Below are positions 1 to 9,991 of a DNA stretch of 64,000 nucleotides, one piece after another. Position 1 is the first letter of the stretch. Each line of letters opens with the position of its first letter. The notes below the pieces were generated by a model, which worked only from the letters and a program-made list of their open reading frames with translations, was not told the DNA's origin and did no database searches. The translations under genes and the position numbers were made by a program. This stretch comes from a virus (Duplodnaviria; Caudoviricetes): positions 23,517 through 87,516 of the IMG/VR virus record IMGVR_UViG_3300044878_000218; one strand, written 5' to 3'.

Positions 1-144
1 TTGCTGGAAGACGGCCTGATGCTGCACCAGATCGGCTCGAAGGACCCGGTGGATCACTCCCGCCCTTCCGCGCGCGAGCCGATCTACCGCTACATGCCGC
101 ACATCACCCACTGGTTGAGATACGTCGGGACACAAGGAGCGTGA
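1..144 (+). CDS. C-terminal part of tail assembly protein K-like (NlpC/P60) protein, truncated by the window edge
   Basis: Frame 1 is open to TGA at 142-144 (LLEDGLMLHQ...SAREP..RY...THWLRY), resembling the end of lambda gpK-like proteins; lies directly upstream of gpI- and gpJ-like genes. Confidence 0.7.
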   Translation: MLEDGLMLHQIGSKDPVDHSRPSAREPIYRYMPHITHWLRYVGTQGA

Positions 145-145
145 C

Positions 146-742
146 ATGAAGACCCTGTACCTCTACGGCAGCCTGAAGGAATCCTACGGCGCGTCGTTCG
201 ACATGGACGTGGCGACACCTGCTGAAGCCATCCGCGCGATGTGCATCCAGCTGCCTGGCTTCGAGAACGCCATCCGCGCCAGCAACTGGAGGATGGTGAG
301 GGGAAAGCTCGATGCCAGCGACGAGGTCGATGAAGAAGGCCTGCAGGTGACGCTGGGCAACCAGAAGGAAATGCACCTGATCCCGGTCCTCGAAGGCGCC
401 AACAGCGGTGCCGGCATGTTGATCGTGGGCATCGTCATGATCGCTGCGGCGTTCTTCACCGGCGGTGCCTCCATTGCTGCGTGGGGCGCCATGTCGACCA
501 TGCTCGGCGGCGCCGGCTTGGGTATGGCGATCGGCGGCATCATCGCCAGCACCACCAAGATTCCGTCCGCCGGTACGTCAGCCAGCGGCAACGAGCGCGC
601 TGACGACAAGGCTTCGTTCCTGTTCGATGGCCCGACCAACCAATCCACCCAAGGCGTGGCTGTGCCACGGGGCTACGGTCGCATGCTTGTAGGCAGCATC
701 GTGATCAGCGCCGGCCTCTACGCGGAGCCAATGGCCGTATGA
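146..742 (+). CDS. Tail assembly protein I (lambda gpI-like)
   Basis: N-terminal LYGSL..YG...TPAEAIRA..Q.PGFE, Gly/Ala hydrophobic middle, C-terminal F.GP.N...QG..VP.GYGRM.VGS.VISAG. Confidence 0.9.
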   Translation: MKTLYLYGSLKESYGASFDMDVATPAEAIRAMCIQLPGFENAIRASNWRMVRGKLDASDEVDEEGLQVTLGNQKEMHLIPVLEGANSGAGMLIVGIVMIAAAFFTGGASIAAWGAMSTMLGGAGLGMAIGGIIASTTKIPSAGTSASGNERADDKASFLFDGPTNQSTQGVAVPRGYGRMLVGSIVISAGLYAEPMAV

Positions 743-3700
743 CTACTGACCTGAAGGAACTGGTCCGGAATTCGTCGTGGAAGAAGAAGTACCCGACGAC
801 TCTCGACGTGCATCTGCCAAAGAAGCCGCTGAGCCAAGCCATTGAAGGCGCCAAGGGCGCCTCAAAGCCACCTGCCCAGTACATCCCGGTGGAAGAGCCG
901 ACCTCGCTGCGCAGCAAGGCGCGCGGGCGCATCCTCGACCTGTTGGCGCACGGGCCAATCGTAGGCCTGGTCAACGGGCTGCAGTCGATCTACCTGGACA
1001 GCACACCGCTGCAGAACCCGGACGGCACGTTCAACTTCAACGGCGCCACGATCCAGACCCGTGAGGGCTATCCGGATCAGCCGTACATTGCAGGCTTTTC
1101 TGCGGTGGAGAACACCTCGGACGTCTCGACCGAGCTGAAGTTCGCCACGCCGATTGTGCGCGCCGTGACCAACAACGACGCCAACGCCGTGATCATCACC
1201 ATGGCCGTGCAGGGCTTGCGCCAGCAGAAGGACAATGGTGACGTGGTCGGCTACCAGGCCGGCTTCTACGTCGACGTGCGCGGTGCCAACGGTGCCTGGG
1301 TCACGACCGTGGGTGACACCATCGTCGGCAAGACCTCGTCGGCCTATCAGCGATCGGTGCGTGTACCGCTGACCGGTGTTGGCCCGTTCGACATCCGCGT
1401 GCGCCGCGCTACCCCGGAGTCGACCTCGGACAAGATCGTCGACGCGCTGTTTTGGGCGACCATGACCGAGGTGATCGACGCCAGGCTGAGCTACCCGGAC
1501 AGCGCGCTGGTGGCCATCGACGTCGACTCGGAACTGTTCGGCTCGAAGATGCCGGCCCGTCACTACGACGTGAAGCTCAGCATCATCAAGGTGCCGAGCA
1601 ACTACGACCCAATCGCCCGCACCTACACCGGCTTTTGGGACGGCTCGTTCAAGATGGCCTGGTCGGACAACCCAGCCTGGTGCTTCTACGACCTGTCGAC
1701 CCACCCGATCATTGGTGCCAACAACCAAGACGTGGACAAGTGGTCGCTGTACTACATCGGCCAGTATTGCGACGGCCTGGTGCCGGACGGCTACGGCCAC
1801 TACGAACCGCGCTTCACCTGCAACACCCTGTTCGCCAGCCGCGAGGAAGCGATCACCACGCTGAACGTCTTGGCCAGCGTGTTCCGGGGCATGGTGTACT
1901 GGGGCGCGGAGTCGGTCATGGCCGCCGCCGACATGCCGGGCGACGTGAAGAAGCTGGTCAACCCGTCCAACGTCACCGAAGAAGGCTTCGAGTACGTGGG
2001 CACCTCGCTGCGTGAGCGTCACTCCGTCGCCGTGGTGATGTGGAACGACCCGGAAGACGAATACAAGCAGGTGCCGGAGCTGTACGAGGACCCGGAAAGC
2101 ATCCAGCTGTTCGGCTGGCGCGAGACCCAGGTCACGGCAGCGTGCTGCACCAGCCGAGGCCAGGCACGTCGTCTGGCCAAGTGGATCTTGTATTCCGAGC
2201 GGATGGAAACCGAGACCGTCACCTACAGCGCGCCAGTGGAACACGCTGACCTGCGACCAGGTGACTACATCGAGATCTCCGACCCGGATCGCGCCGGTGC
2301 CCGCCTGGGTGGTCGGGTGAAGTCGACCGCGTCGGCACGGACCATCACCCTCGACAAGGCTCCGCCAGAAGGCAGCTCTGGCACGTGGTATCTGAACTGC
2401 GTGATGCCGAGCGGCGTCATTCAGCAGCGTCAGGTGCAGAACTTCAACGGTGACGTGTGCACGCTGACCCAGCCTTTCCCTGAGCGGCCAATCGACGGCG
2501 CCGTATGGGTCCTGTCCAGCCTGGCAGTGGTCACGCCGATGTACCGGGTGACTTCGGTCATCGAGCAGGACGACGGGCTGACCTACCAGATCACCGCGAC
2601 TGAGCACGACCCGAACAAGTACAACTTCGTCGAGTTCGACATGGTCCTGCCGGACCGTCCGGACAGCACCATCCCGTCCGGTCCGCTGCCATCGCCAACC
2701 GGGATCAAGGTTTCGTCGTACAAGTACATCGCCGGCGGTTCCGAGCACCAAGGCATGACGATCAGCTGGAAAGGCGTGGATGACGTGCGCTGCAACGGCT
2801 ACATCGTGGAAGCCCGTGACCCGAACGACGTGACCTACCGCACGCTGTACGGTGGCCCGAACCTGTCCATCGACGAGAAAGACATCGTCGACGGCGAGTG
2901 GCTGATCCGCATCAAGGCGACCACCTCCACCGGGCGGACGTCAGAGTGGGCCGTGTACACGGTGAACATCGCCGGCCTGCTGATGCCGGCACCACCGGAC
3001 AGCATCGAAGTAAGCGAGGCGACCTTCTCGATCTCGCTGATGCCGGCTACGATCTACCCGAAAGCCGAGTTCGAGTTCTGGCGCAGCGATGTACCTCTGA
3101 CTGCCAACCTGGTGGAATCCAATGCCCGGCGTATCTCGGTCGGGCGCAGCCTGGTGGACGTCGGTCTCAAGCCGAAGACCACCTACTACTACTACGTGCG
3201 CGGCACCAACATCTACGGCAAGTCGCAGTTCGTGGGCGCCCAAGGCACCACGCTGTACAACTTCGAGGACATCCTCGCAGCGCTGGACGAGGACATTCGC
3301 AAGCCTGGCGGCCTGTTCGAGGAGATGATCGACGCCTCCAAACAGAACACCGACGACATCAAGTCGGCCTTGGATGCGCTGAAGACCGACGTGCGCCTGA
3401 ACAAAATGCTCGAGGATATTCGCCAGCTGGCCACCAAGACGCAGATCGAGGGCACCGGCGCGCGTAACACCGTCGAGGAGATCACCCGGATCACCGAGGA
3501 CGAGGCACTGGTGGCGCGGATCACCACGCTGCAGGCCCAGGTCGATGACGACATTCTGGCTGCACTGGAAGAGATGCAGTTCGCCATGGCGGACAACAAT
3601 GAAGCCATCGCCGGCCAGATCCTCAGCATCAAGGCGCAGATCAACGACGACATCCTCGCCGCCATGCAGGTCGAACAGACCGCACGTGTCGATGCGGACG

Positions 3701-4212
3701 GCGCGCTGACCCACCGTCTGGACCTGTTCTCGGCCTCGACTGAGGACGACATCGCCACCGTCCGCCAAGAGATCACAGCGCAGGCCAGCTACACCGACGG
3801 CGCCGTGGCGCGGGCAGTGACCACCGCCACCGTCAATGGCAAGTCAGCTGTGTTCGGTATCTCGGTGAACGGCACGGTGTCGGAGATCGGCGCGGTGGCT
3901 GACCGGTTCTACATCTACAACCCGATCGGGGGTAGCTACACCCTGGCTTTCGCGGTAGTTGACGGGAGAACCGTTATCCAAGATGCTCTGATCCGCGAAG
4001 CCTCCATCACCATGGCGAAGATCAGCAGCGCGCTGCAATCTGACAACTACAAGCCAAACGAGATCGGTTGGAGGCTGACCAAGGCCGGCGTCTTCGAGAT
4101 GAACGGCAACACGCCGGGTGAAGGACGCCTGGTGCAAACGAACCAGACCATCACCGTGAGTGACGAGCTGGAAACGCCCCGAGTGATCTTGGGCAAGCTG
4201 CCACCGATGTAA
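739..4212 (+). CDS. Tail tip / host-specificity protein J (lambda gpJ-like)
   Basis: 1157 aa with GPI.GLV, YPDSAL, VPSNYDP..RTY.G.WDGSFK.AWSDNPAW, EPRFTCN, C.SRGQA.R, FN3-like segments, coiled coil and C-terminal ADRF...FAVVDG. Confidence 0.95.
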   Translation: MTTDLKELVRNSSWKKKYPTTLDVHLPKKPLSQAIEGAKGASKPPAQYIPVEEPTSLRSKARGRILDLLAHGPIVGLVNGLQSIYLDSTPLQNPDGTFNFNGATIQTREGYPDQPYIAGFSAVENTSDVSTELKFATPIVRAVTNNDANAVIITMAVQGLRQQKDNGDVVGYQAGFYVDVRGANGAWVTTVGDTIVGKTSSAYQRSVRVPLTGVGPFDIRVRRATPESTSDKIVDALFWATMTEVIDARLSYPDSALVAIDVDSELFGSKMPARHYDVKLSIIKVPSNYDPIARTYTGFWDGSFKMAWSDNPAWCFYDLSTHPIIGANNQDVDKWSLYYIGQYCDGLVPDGYGHYEPRFTCNTLFASREEAITTLNVLASVFRGMVYWGAESVMAAADMPGDVKKLVNPSNVTEEGFEYVGTSLRERHSVAVVMWNDPEDEYKQVPELYEDPESIQLFGWRETQVTAACCTSRGQARRLAKWILYSERMETETVTYSAPVEHADLRPGDYIEISDPDRAGARLGGRVKSTASARTITLDKAPPEGSSGTWYLNCVMPSGVIQQRQVQNFNGDVCTLTQPFPERPIDGAVWVLSSLAVVTPMYRVTSVIEQDDGLTYQITATEHDPNKYNFVEFDMVLPDRPDSTIPSGPLPSPTGIKVSSYKYIAGGSEHQGMTISWKGVDDVRCNGYIVEARDPNDVTYRTLYGGPNLSIDEKDIVDGEWLIRIKATTSTGRTSEWAVYTVNIAGLLMPAPPDSIEVSEATFSISLMPATIYPKAEFEFWRSDVPLTANLVESNARRISVGRSLVDVGLKPKTTYYYYVRGTNIYGKSQFVGAQGTTLYNFEDILAALDEDIRKPGGLFEEMIDASKQNTDDIKSALDALKTDVRLNKMLEDIRQLATKTQIEGTGARNTVEEITRITEDEALVARITTLQAQVDDDILAALEEMQFAMADNNEAIAGQILSIKAQINDDILAAMQVEQTARVDADGALTHRLDLFSASTEDDIATVRQEITAQASYTDGAVARAVTTATVNGKSAVFGISVNGTVSEIGAVADRFYIYNPIGGSYTLAFAVVDGRTVIQDALIREASITMAKISSALQSDNYKPNEIGWRLTKAGVFEMNGNTPGEGRLVQTNQTITVSDELETPRVILGKLPPM

Positions 4213-4222
4213 GGAAACTATT

Positions 4223-4597
4223 TTGAGTGGTTGGGGACTGCTGGTAAGGAACAGGGATGGCGTCAACAATCTCAACCCGGACAGTTTTACTGTCCGGTTG
4301 GTTGAGACTGTGTGGCTCTACGCCGGCTATCTGCGGTCAGACAGCGTGATCGACATCCCGACCAGCACCAACGTGCTGTACGGGATGTTTGCGACCGTCA
4401 CTGTCCACGATAACTATTACGTCTATGGCTACCCGAACTGGCAGAGCTACAACGGCAACAGCATCTACCCGGAGGTTTACCCGATGGCGGTGCCGATCGT
4501 TGAGGTCTACAACGGCTTCGTTCGGGTCAAGGGGCAGCCGGTCTACGAGTCCTACTCCCACGGGTACGTGGTGATCAGCATCATGAGCTACATCTAG
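4223..4597 (+). CDS. Tail-tip-associated small protein
   Basis: TTG start after AAGGA; follows gpJ; WGLLVRN-type N-terminus typical of post-J genes. Confidence 0.6.
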   Translation: MSGWGLLVRNRDGVNNLNPDSFTVRLVETVWLYAGYLRSDSVIDIPTSTNVLYGMFATVTVHDNYYVYGYPNWQSYNGNSIYPEVYPMAVPIVEVYNGFVRVKGQPVYESYSHGYVVISIMSYI

Positions 4598-4604
4598 GGG
4601 ACTT

Positions 4605-5429
4605 ATGTCATACGGATTTTTCGCTAAGGGAAATAGCGGGCAGCTCTTGTTGAGTGAGAAGTCGACAATTCTCACGCAGGCCTTCAAGGGAGACATCGTG
4701 GTCAACGTCGACATGGGCGGGCTGTCCTACGGCTATGCCACCGTGACCTACTCGCAGGCCATCACCTCGGACGAACCACCGTTCGTGTTTGCGGTGCCCA
4801 CCCCCAACAGTCAGCCGTGCGGCCTTGGGTACTTCATGCACCTGGGCGGTGCCGGTGGCTGGACCGGGTTCACGGTGCTGGTGACCAAGCACATCTTCGC
4901 GTGGGACAACTCGCCGATGTACGCCGGCTACAACACCGGCTGGCAGTACCGCGTCTGCGCCTTCGGCATGGCAGGCGACTACGGCTACGCCGACTACGGG
5001 CTGCGGATCATGAACGAATACTGGGACGTCACCTACGACAGTGCCTGGCCTGCCGTGAAGTTCCGCGGCCTGATGTCGGCCTGGGTGCCGCAGTCGTTCA
5101 CCAGCTACGCCGTCGAGCACTACTGGGGCTACCGTGAGCTGTTCTACGCTGACCCGGATAACGTGTTGGGTCGAGGTACACACACGTGGGGCTACGCGGA
5201 TCTGACGCATGGCTTTATGCTGTCAGGGGTTTGCGGCGGTGTGCCTTCACGGATGGACATGGGCCGGTTTGAAAAGAACGTCCAGGCTATCGTCACCATG
5301 GGCTTTCCCGACGGTAACCGGGCCAACATTTGGGCCACCGCGTTCTTTGGCTCAGGGCAGCACCCGGGTTCCGACCTGACCGCAATGAGAAACTGGAATC
5401 TCCTCACCGCTGACATCTCTGGCGCGTGA
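4605..5429 (+). CDS. Tail-tip-associated protein
   Basis: MSYG.. start, internal YGLRI.N....TYDS motif, aromatic-rich; typical of post-J tail accessory genes. Confidence 0.65.
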   Translation: MSYGFFAKGNSGQLLLSEKSTILTQAFKGDIVVNVDMGGLSYGYATVTYSQAITSDEPPFVFAVPTPNSQPCGLGYFMHLGGAGGWTGFTVLVTKHIFAWDNSPMYAGYNTGWQYRVCAFGMAGDYGYADYGLRIMNEYWDVTYDSAWPAVKFRGLMSAWVPQSFTSYAVEHYWGYRELFYADPDNVLGRGTHTWGYADLTHGFMLSGVCGGVPSRMDMGRFEKNVQAIVTMGFPDGNRANIWATAFFGSGQHPGSDLTAMRNWNLLTADISGA

Positions 5430-5451
5430 TCAACCACAAGGATGAAGGATC

Positions 5452-6159
5452 ATGGCAGCAGCCGATAACTATCCACAGTTTAACGCAGCGGTGGCCGAGC
5501 TTACGCTCAAGGTCCAGGCGCTGATCAGCGACGTCACCGACGCCCACGCCACCCTTGGCCCTGAAGTGGCTGAAGCTCTGGCCAAGCTGGAAGCAGCGAC
5601 CGACATCCTCGCGGATGCGACCCAGGCCGCGACTGACGCGCAGACGGCTGCCCAGTCGGTGCTGACCTTCAAGACCGAGTTCGACGCGGCGATGATCACC
5701 ATCGGCACGCTGACCACCAACGTCGGCACCTTGACCACCCAGGTCGATGCAGCCATGGCCTTGATGGTCACCACGCAGACGGCGCTGGAGGCTGCACTGG
5801 ATCAGATCGGCGACATCGCCGACAACCTGGCCAACGTGGTGAAGGTCAACCCGGCCGGCATCACCCTGCCCGCCCACGGCACGCAGACCATCAACACCGG
5901 CCGGATCTTCGGCAACGGCGGCATCCTGCTGCTCGGCGTGTACTGCACCACCTCGACCCCGTCGCAGATGTACGACATGCAGATCTACGTCGGCACCACG
6001 CTGATCTACGACGCGCGCGGCATCCTCGGCGAGCAGAAGGACACCTTCTCGAACTTCGCCATGGCCAGCGGTGAGGTGAAGATCGCCCTGACCAACAACG
6101 GCAGCGGTCCCGCCACCCTGACCCCAACCGCAATGTTCACGGAGCTGGCCATAGTATGA
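5452..6159 (+). CDS. Putative virion protein (N-terminal coiled coil plus C-terminal beta domain)
   Basis: Ala/Thr-rich heptad region then beta-rich domain; AAGGA RBS; stop overlaps next start (ATGA). Confidence 0.6.
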   Translation: MAAADNYPQFNAAVAELTLKVQALISDVTDAHATLGPEVAEALAKLEAATDILADATQAATDAQTAAQSVLTFKTEFDAAMITIGTLTTNVGTLTTQVDAAMALMVTTQTALEAALDQIGDIADNLANVVKVNPAGITLPAHGTQTINTGRIFGNGGILLLGVYCTTSTPSQMYDMQIYVGTTLIYDARGILGEQKDTFSNFAMASGEVKIALTNNGSGPATLTPTAMFTELAIV

Positions 6160-9100
6160 CTATCAACACAAGCCTCAGCTCCAGCTACATCCACCTCGGC
6201 ACGGACGTCGTGATCGAGGGCCAGAACACCAAGGAAGTGCGCGCGGAATGGCTGCCCAGCAGCAACTTCGCGCTGTACGACAAGTTCTTCTACGACGGCT
6301 TCAACCAGGTGGGCGGCTGGGTGATCGACGCCGGTGACGGCGCGGCACCTTTCGAAACCCGCGAGAAGCGGGCCTTCTGCACCACCGGCAAGGCCTCGAT
6401 CACGTTCAGTGGCACCAGTGTCTCGGTGCGCGCCTCGCTGAACCCGGGCTGGGGCGTGGCCTACGTGCGGATCGACGGCAAGCTGCCCTCGACCATCGCC
6501 GGCCTGGCCAAGTTCAAGGACATCGTCTCGTCCAACTCGGACGACTTCGCTGCGTTCGGTAACGAGTTCCGAGATCAGGTGGTGGCCGACGGCTTGGCGC
6601 CTGGCACGCACACGCTGGAGCTGTTCTGCTACACCAACAGCCCGACCGAGTTCTTCATCTTCTCCGGCATCAAGGTCTACTCCTACGCGCGCAAGGACAT
6701 CGACATCGACGCCTACGCGCTGAAGACCAGCGAGCGCGTGCAGAAGACCCAGCTGAAGCTGTGGACTCAGGGCGTGTCGGCGGAGAACGTGGTGCTCAAC
6801 TTCGACCCGAAGCTGCTGCACCCGGTGACGCAGACCTCGCTCGGCAACGTGCTGATCGGCTCGCTGAACAACACGCAGAACTTTGAGCTGGCCTTCGCCC
6901 CCAACCTACTGGGGACCGAACCGTCGGGCATCCTCTCGCTGCCGGTGGTGATGACAGCCAACGTCGGGGACCCGGACGGTGCCAACGTCGGCGAGGTGGC
7001 AGCGGACCTGCTGCACACCTCCGACCTGATCACCTACACCAGCGCCAACTGGTGGGAAGACCCTCAGAATGGTCAGCTGCTGGCGATGCACGCCACCGCG
7101 AGCAACCAGGCCTGGTTGTCCTTCGACCACGGCGGCGATCTGCTGAAGGTCTTGGGCTACGTCGACTTCGGCGCAGCGACGGTGCGCGTGCTGAAGAACG
7201 CCGTGGAACGCAACCTGACGTCGTGGCTGGTGGGCCAGACCACCATCACCATCGCTTCCACAGCCGGCATCACCGTCGGCATGATGGCGATCGGTCGTGG
7301 CATCCCGAACAACACCACCGTCACCACCGTCAACGCGGGCAGCGTGGAGCTGTCGGCTGCCACCACCATCAAGGTCACCAACGGCGCCATCGCCTTTGGC
7401 TCGCTGCACGGCACCATGGACTTCAACGAGAACAACGAAGCCCTGCAGGGCACCTCGCAGATCCGCCAGATCGCAGGCTTTGGTGCCACCTACAAAGGCA
7501 AGGTGGTGATGCAGGCCACAGCCAACAACAAGACCTGGGGTGTGAACACAATCTACACCAGGCGCACCTACACCTACACCATCGTCACCGAGACGCTGAA
7601 CGTGCGCTTCAACGTGAAGCAGGTCGGCCACACGCCGATCGCAGGGACGAAGCTGGACGCCGGGCGGATCGCGTACATCGACCCGAACCGGAACATTTAC
7701 ACGCCAGGCACCAACCCGCCCATCGACAACCGCGGCATCTCTTCGGTCAGCATCGAGTACCGCTTCCCGACGTTCATCTGCTGCTACACCGCGGGGAACA
7801 AGGAGCTGTTCAAGCAGTACGACGTGGTGATCACCGACCCGATGGCGCTGAGCCGCAAGGAAGTGAAAGAGCTGCAGGACCTGGGCATTCAGGTGATCAA
7901 CTACGTCTCCTTCGGAGAGGAAGACGGGATCATCCAGAACATTTGGGACAACACCTCGCCACAGGGTCCGCACACCGGTGACGGCACCGGGCCTGGCGGA
8001 ACCGCCGGCTACTACATGAAGGGCGGCTACAACTACGGTGAGTTCTCGGAATGCAACAACGATCGGCAGCGGATGGAAGGGGTGAAGGCCTGCGCGGTCA
8101 ACAACGCCCACTACTACGCCGGTGCCGGACGCTGCGGCAAGGCCTGCGACAAAGACTGGCGCACCGGCTACGAGGAGTTCCAGCAGGGTGGTGCCTGCGG
8201 CGGTGGCTACACCAACGCCAACAACTGGCAGCGTGACGCTTCGACCGCCTGCTCCAATGCAAGCTGCCCGAAGTACACGCCGATGAACACCAAGTGCCCG
8301 CAGTACCAGCAGGCTGAGAACGTGTGGGGTCAGGACTTCTCGATGGTCGAGACCAACACCCCGGACGAGAACGGCATTTGGGACTCGTTCTACGTCGACG
8401 CGGTGAAGCGTGGGCCTGGCAGCTGGTTCGAACGCCTGCAGACCTACTACCTGCCTCTGGTGTTTGACCTGCCGACGCCTTACACCGAGACCCTGACCGT
8501 GGCGCAGCACGCGCTGACCGATGCCTCGCTGATCTACGGCGTGCTGATGACCCACGCACCGATCGACGATCAGGAACCGTTCAGCGTGAAGGACGTGGCC
8601 ACGGGTCGGTTCTACACCGCTGGCCTGCACTTCTCCTATGACGCCAAGATCGGCACGATCATCATCGCCTTCAACACCGGTGAGCTGGCGCCAGAAGATC
8701 CGCCGAACCCAAGTGTGGGCCAGCAGATCGAGGTGAAGTATTCCAAGCGTGGCCTGGGTTCTGACGGCGTGTTCATGGACACCGTCGACACCGTGGACAT
8801 CTACCCGCGAGAGGACTACCAGCAAGGGGCAGCTGACCTGATCAACGACCTCAAGCTGCTGTGGCCAGACCGTGCGTTCTGCAGCAACCGGGGCTTCTCG
8901 ATCTACGACAAGATGATCCACAGCTGCACCTGGATCATGACCGAGTCGGTGTTCAGCGACTACGACTTCAGCGCCGGCACCTACCAGCTGGTCGACGGGG
9001 ACGCGGTGGCCTGGAACGAAGAGGTAGCAGCGATGATTCAAGGGCTGCGAGAGAAGCACGTCTTCGACGTGGTCTGCCTGAACTACGCACCGAACGGGCC

Positions 9101-9272
9101 AGAGGGTGACGCGATCCGCGCCGAAGTGACGGAGAAGTGCCTGAAGCTGGGCTGGCTGCCATGGCTGTCGACCATCTTGCTGAACGATCCGCTGCCCAAC
9201 CGCCCGTACAACACCGGCAAGGGCTACATCCGCACCAACAACTGGAGGAAGATCAATGTCCGCAATCTATGA
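6156..9272 (+). CDS. Large virion-associated protein with carbohydrate-binding-like modules and a split PelA-like (GH166/GH114-type) alpha-1,4-galactosaminidase domain; candidate depolymerase
   Basis: YDVVITDP...G.QVINYVSFGE, N.IWDSFYVD, GSDGVFMDTVD, SNRGF, TESVF.DYD, V.CLNY.P, LGWLPWLST follow the motif order of the PelA hydrolase barrel; N-terminal F.GT...V.IDG...L..GTHTL module. Confidence 0.75.
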   Translation: MTINTSLSSSYIHLGTDVVIEGQNTKEVRAEWLPSSNFALYDKFFYDGFNQVGGWVIDAGDGAAPFETREKRAFCTTGKASITFSGTSVSVRASLNPGWGVAYVRIDGKLPSTIAGLAKFKDIVSSNSDDFAAFGNEFRDQVVADGLAPGTHTLELFCYTNSPTEFFIFSGIKVYSYARKDIDIDAYALKTSERVQKTQLKLWTQGVSAENVVLNFDPKLLHPVTQTSLGNVLIGSLNNTQNFELAFAPNLLGTEPSGILSLPVVMTANVGDPDGANVGEVAADLLHTSDLITYTSANWWEDPQNGQLLAMHATASNQAWLSFDHGGDLLKVLGYVDFGAATVRVLKNAVERNLTSWLVGQTTITIASTAGITVGMMAIGRGIPNNTTVTTVNAGSVELSAATTIKVTNGAIAFGSLHGTMDFNENNEALQGTSQIRQIAGFGATYKGKVVMQATANNKTWGVNTIYTRRTYTYTIVTETLNVRFNVKQVGHTPIAGTKLDAGRIAYIDPNRNIYTPGTNPPIDNRGISSVSIEYRFPTFICCYTAGNKELFKQYDVVITDPMALSRKEVKELQDLGIQVINYVSFGEEDGIIQNIWDNTSPQGPHTGDGTGPGGTAGYYMKGGYNYGEFSECNNDRQRMEGVKACAVNNAHYYAGAGRCGKACDKDWRTGYEEFQQGGACGGGYTNANNWQRDASTACSNASCPKYTPMNTKCPQYQQAENVWGQDFSMVETNTPDENGIWDSFYVDAVKRGPGSWFERLQTYYLPLVFDLPTPYTETLTVAQHALTDASLIYGVLMTHAPIDDQEPFSVKDVATGRFYTAGLHFSYDAKIGTIIIAFNTGELAPEDPPNPSVGQQIEVKYSKRGLGSDGVFMDTVDTVDIYPREDYQQGAADLINDLKLLWPDRAFCSNRGFSIYDKMIHSCTWIMTESVFSDYDFSAGTYQLVDGDAVAWNEEVAAMIQGLREKHVFDVVCLNYAPNGPEGDAIRAEVTEKCLKLGWLPWLSTILLNDPLPNRPYNTGKGYIRTNNWRKINVRNL

Positions 9273-9546
9273 TTTCAGCAACCCGTTCTTCCGCCGCATG
9301 CCGATCGTGGCGATCGCGCGCGCCACTACGCAGCGTAATGGCGAGACCTTCACCACGCCGGATACTGAGTGCATTCGAGTCTTTGTCAGGCTGGATAACA
9401 ACCGGGTGTTTCCAGCTCCCCTAGGGGAGCCGGAGATCATGCCAACCGGCAAGGCGATGGACATGCTGTTCGGCTTCGACAACCTCAAAGAGTTCAACCC
9501 CGAGGAAATCAACGCCAAGCACGACGCTAACCCTAGACCGGGTTAG
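9256..9546 (+). CDS. Hypothetical protein (possible fibre/spike chaperone)
   Basis: GGAGG RBS, overlaps end of the 1038-aa gene, phage-like codon usage. Confidence 0.55.
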   Translation: MSAIYDFSNPFFRRMPIVAIARATTQRNGETFTTPDTECIRVFVRLDNNRVFPAPLGEPEIMPTGKAMDMLFGFDNLKEFNPEEINAKHDANPRPG

Positions 9547-9991
9547 GAGGGTTAGGGAGGCCAGGCACCTCCGGTGCGTGCTCGGCAGTGGCCTTGGTCA
9601 TGTCGATAAAGCGCGCACCGTGCACCTGGGTCAGGATGCCGTCGGCGATGATGTCGCCATGCTTGACCTGCACAATCGACTTACCTTCGTTGACCACCTC
9701 TATCAGGATCTCGTCCCGGTAGGTGGTGTCCAGCAGAGCCACCCGGGTGCCGAGGCTGTTCATCTTGGTCAAGTCCTGCGCTGCACGCGGGTAGACCTCA
9801 ATGATCCAGCTGTTGGGGATCATCAGGGTAATGCCGGTGCGGACCAGCATCTTTCCACCAGGTCCGATGAATTCGCCCTCGGGGTTCTCCACCAAGGCAG
9901 CGAACTGGAAACACGCCGTGCCGGCCATGTTGTCGGTGGGGAAGATGGCGTCGGGATGCACTCGATCCGTCTGCATTGCAACAATAGCCAT
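9533..9991 (-). CDS. Degenerate trimeric dUTPase-like protein
   Basis: dUTPase-fold pattern (I.PGG..LVRTGI..IP....EVYPR, LD..YRDEI.I...N, V.HGD.IA.G.L) with catalytic motifs altered; ATG at 9991 preceded by AAGGA. Confidence 0.7.
   Translation of the reverse strand: MAIVAMQTDRVHPDAIFPTDNMAGTACFQFAALVENPEGEFIGPGGKMLVRTGITLMIPNSWIIEVYPRAAQDLTKMNSLGTRVALLDTTYRDEILIEVVNEGKSIVQVKHGDIIADGILTQVHGARFIDMTKATAEHAPEVPGLPNPPNPV

Noticed and set aside
862-9059. Long antisense ORFs (862-2751 -, 6906-9059 -; likewise 15233-17440 +, 23123-24769 +, 54659-56326 +)
   Set aside because: Shadow frames of real genes caused by high GC3 codon bias; no RBS or recognisable motifs
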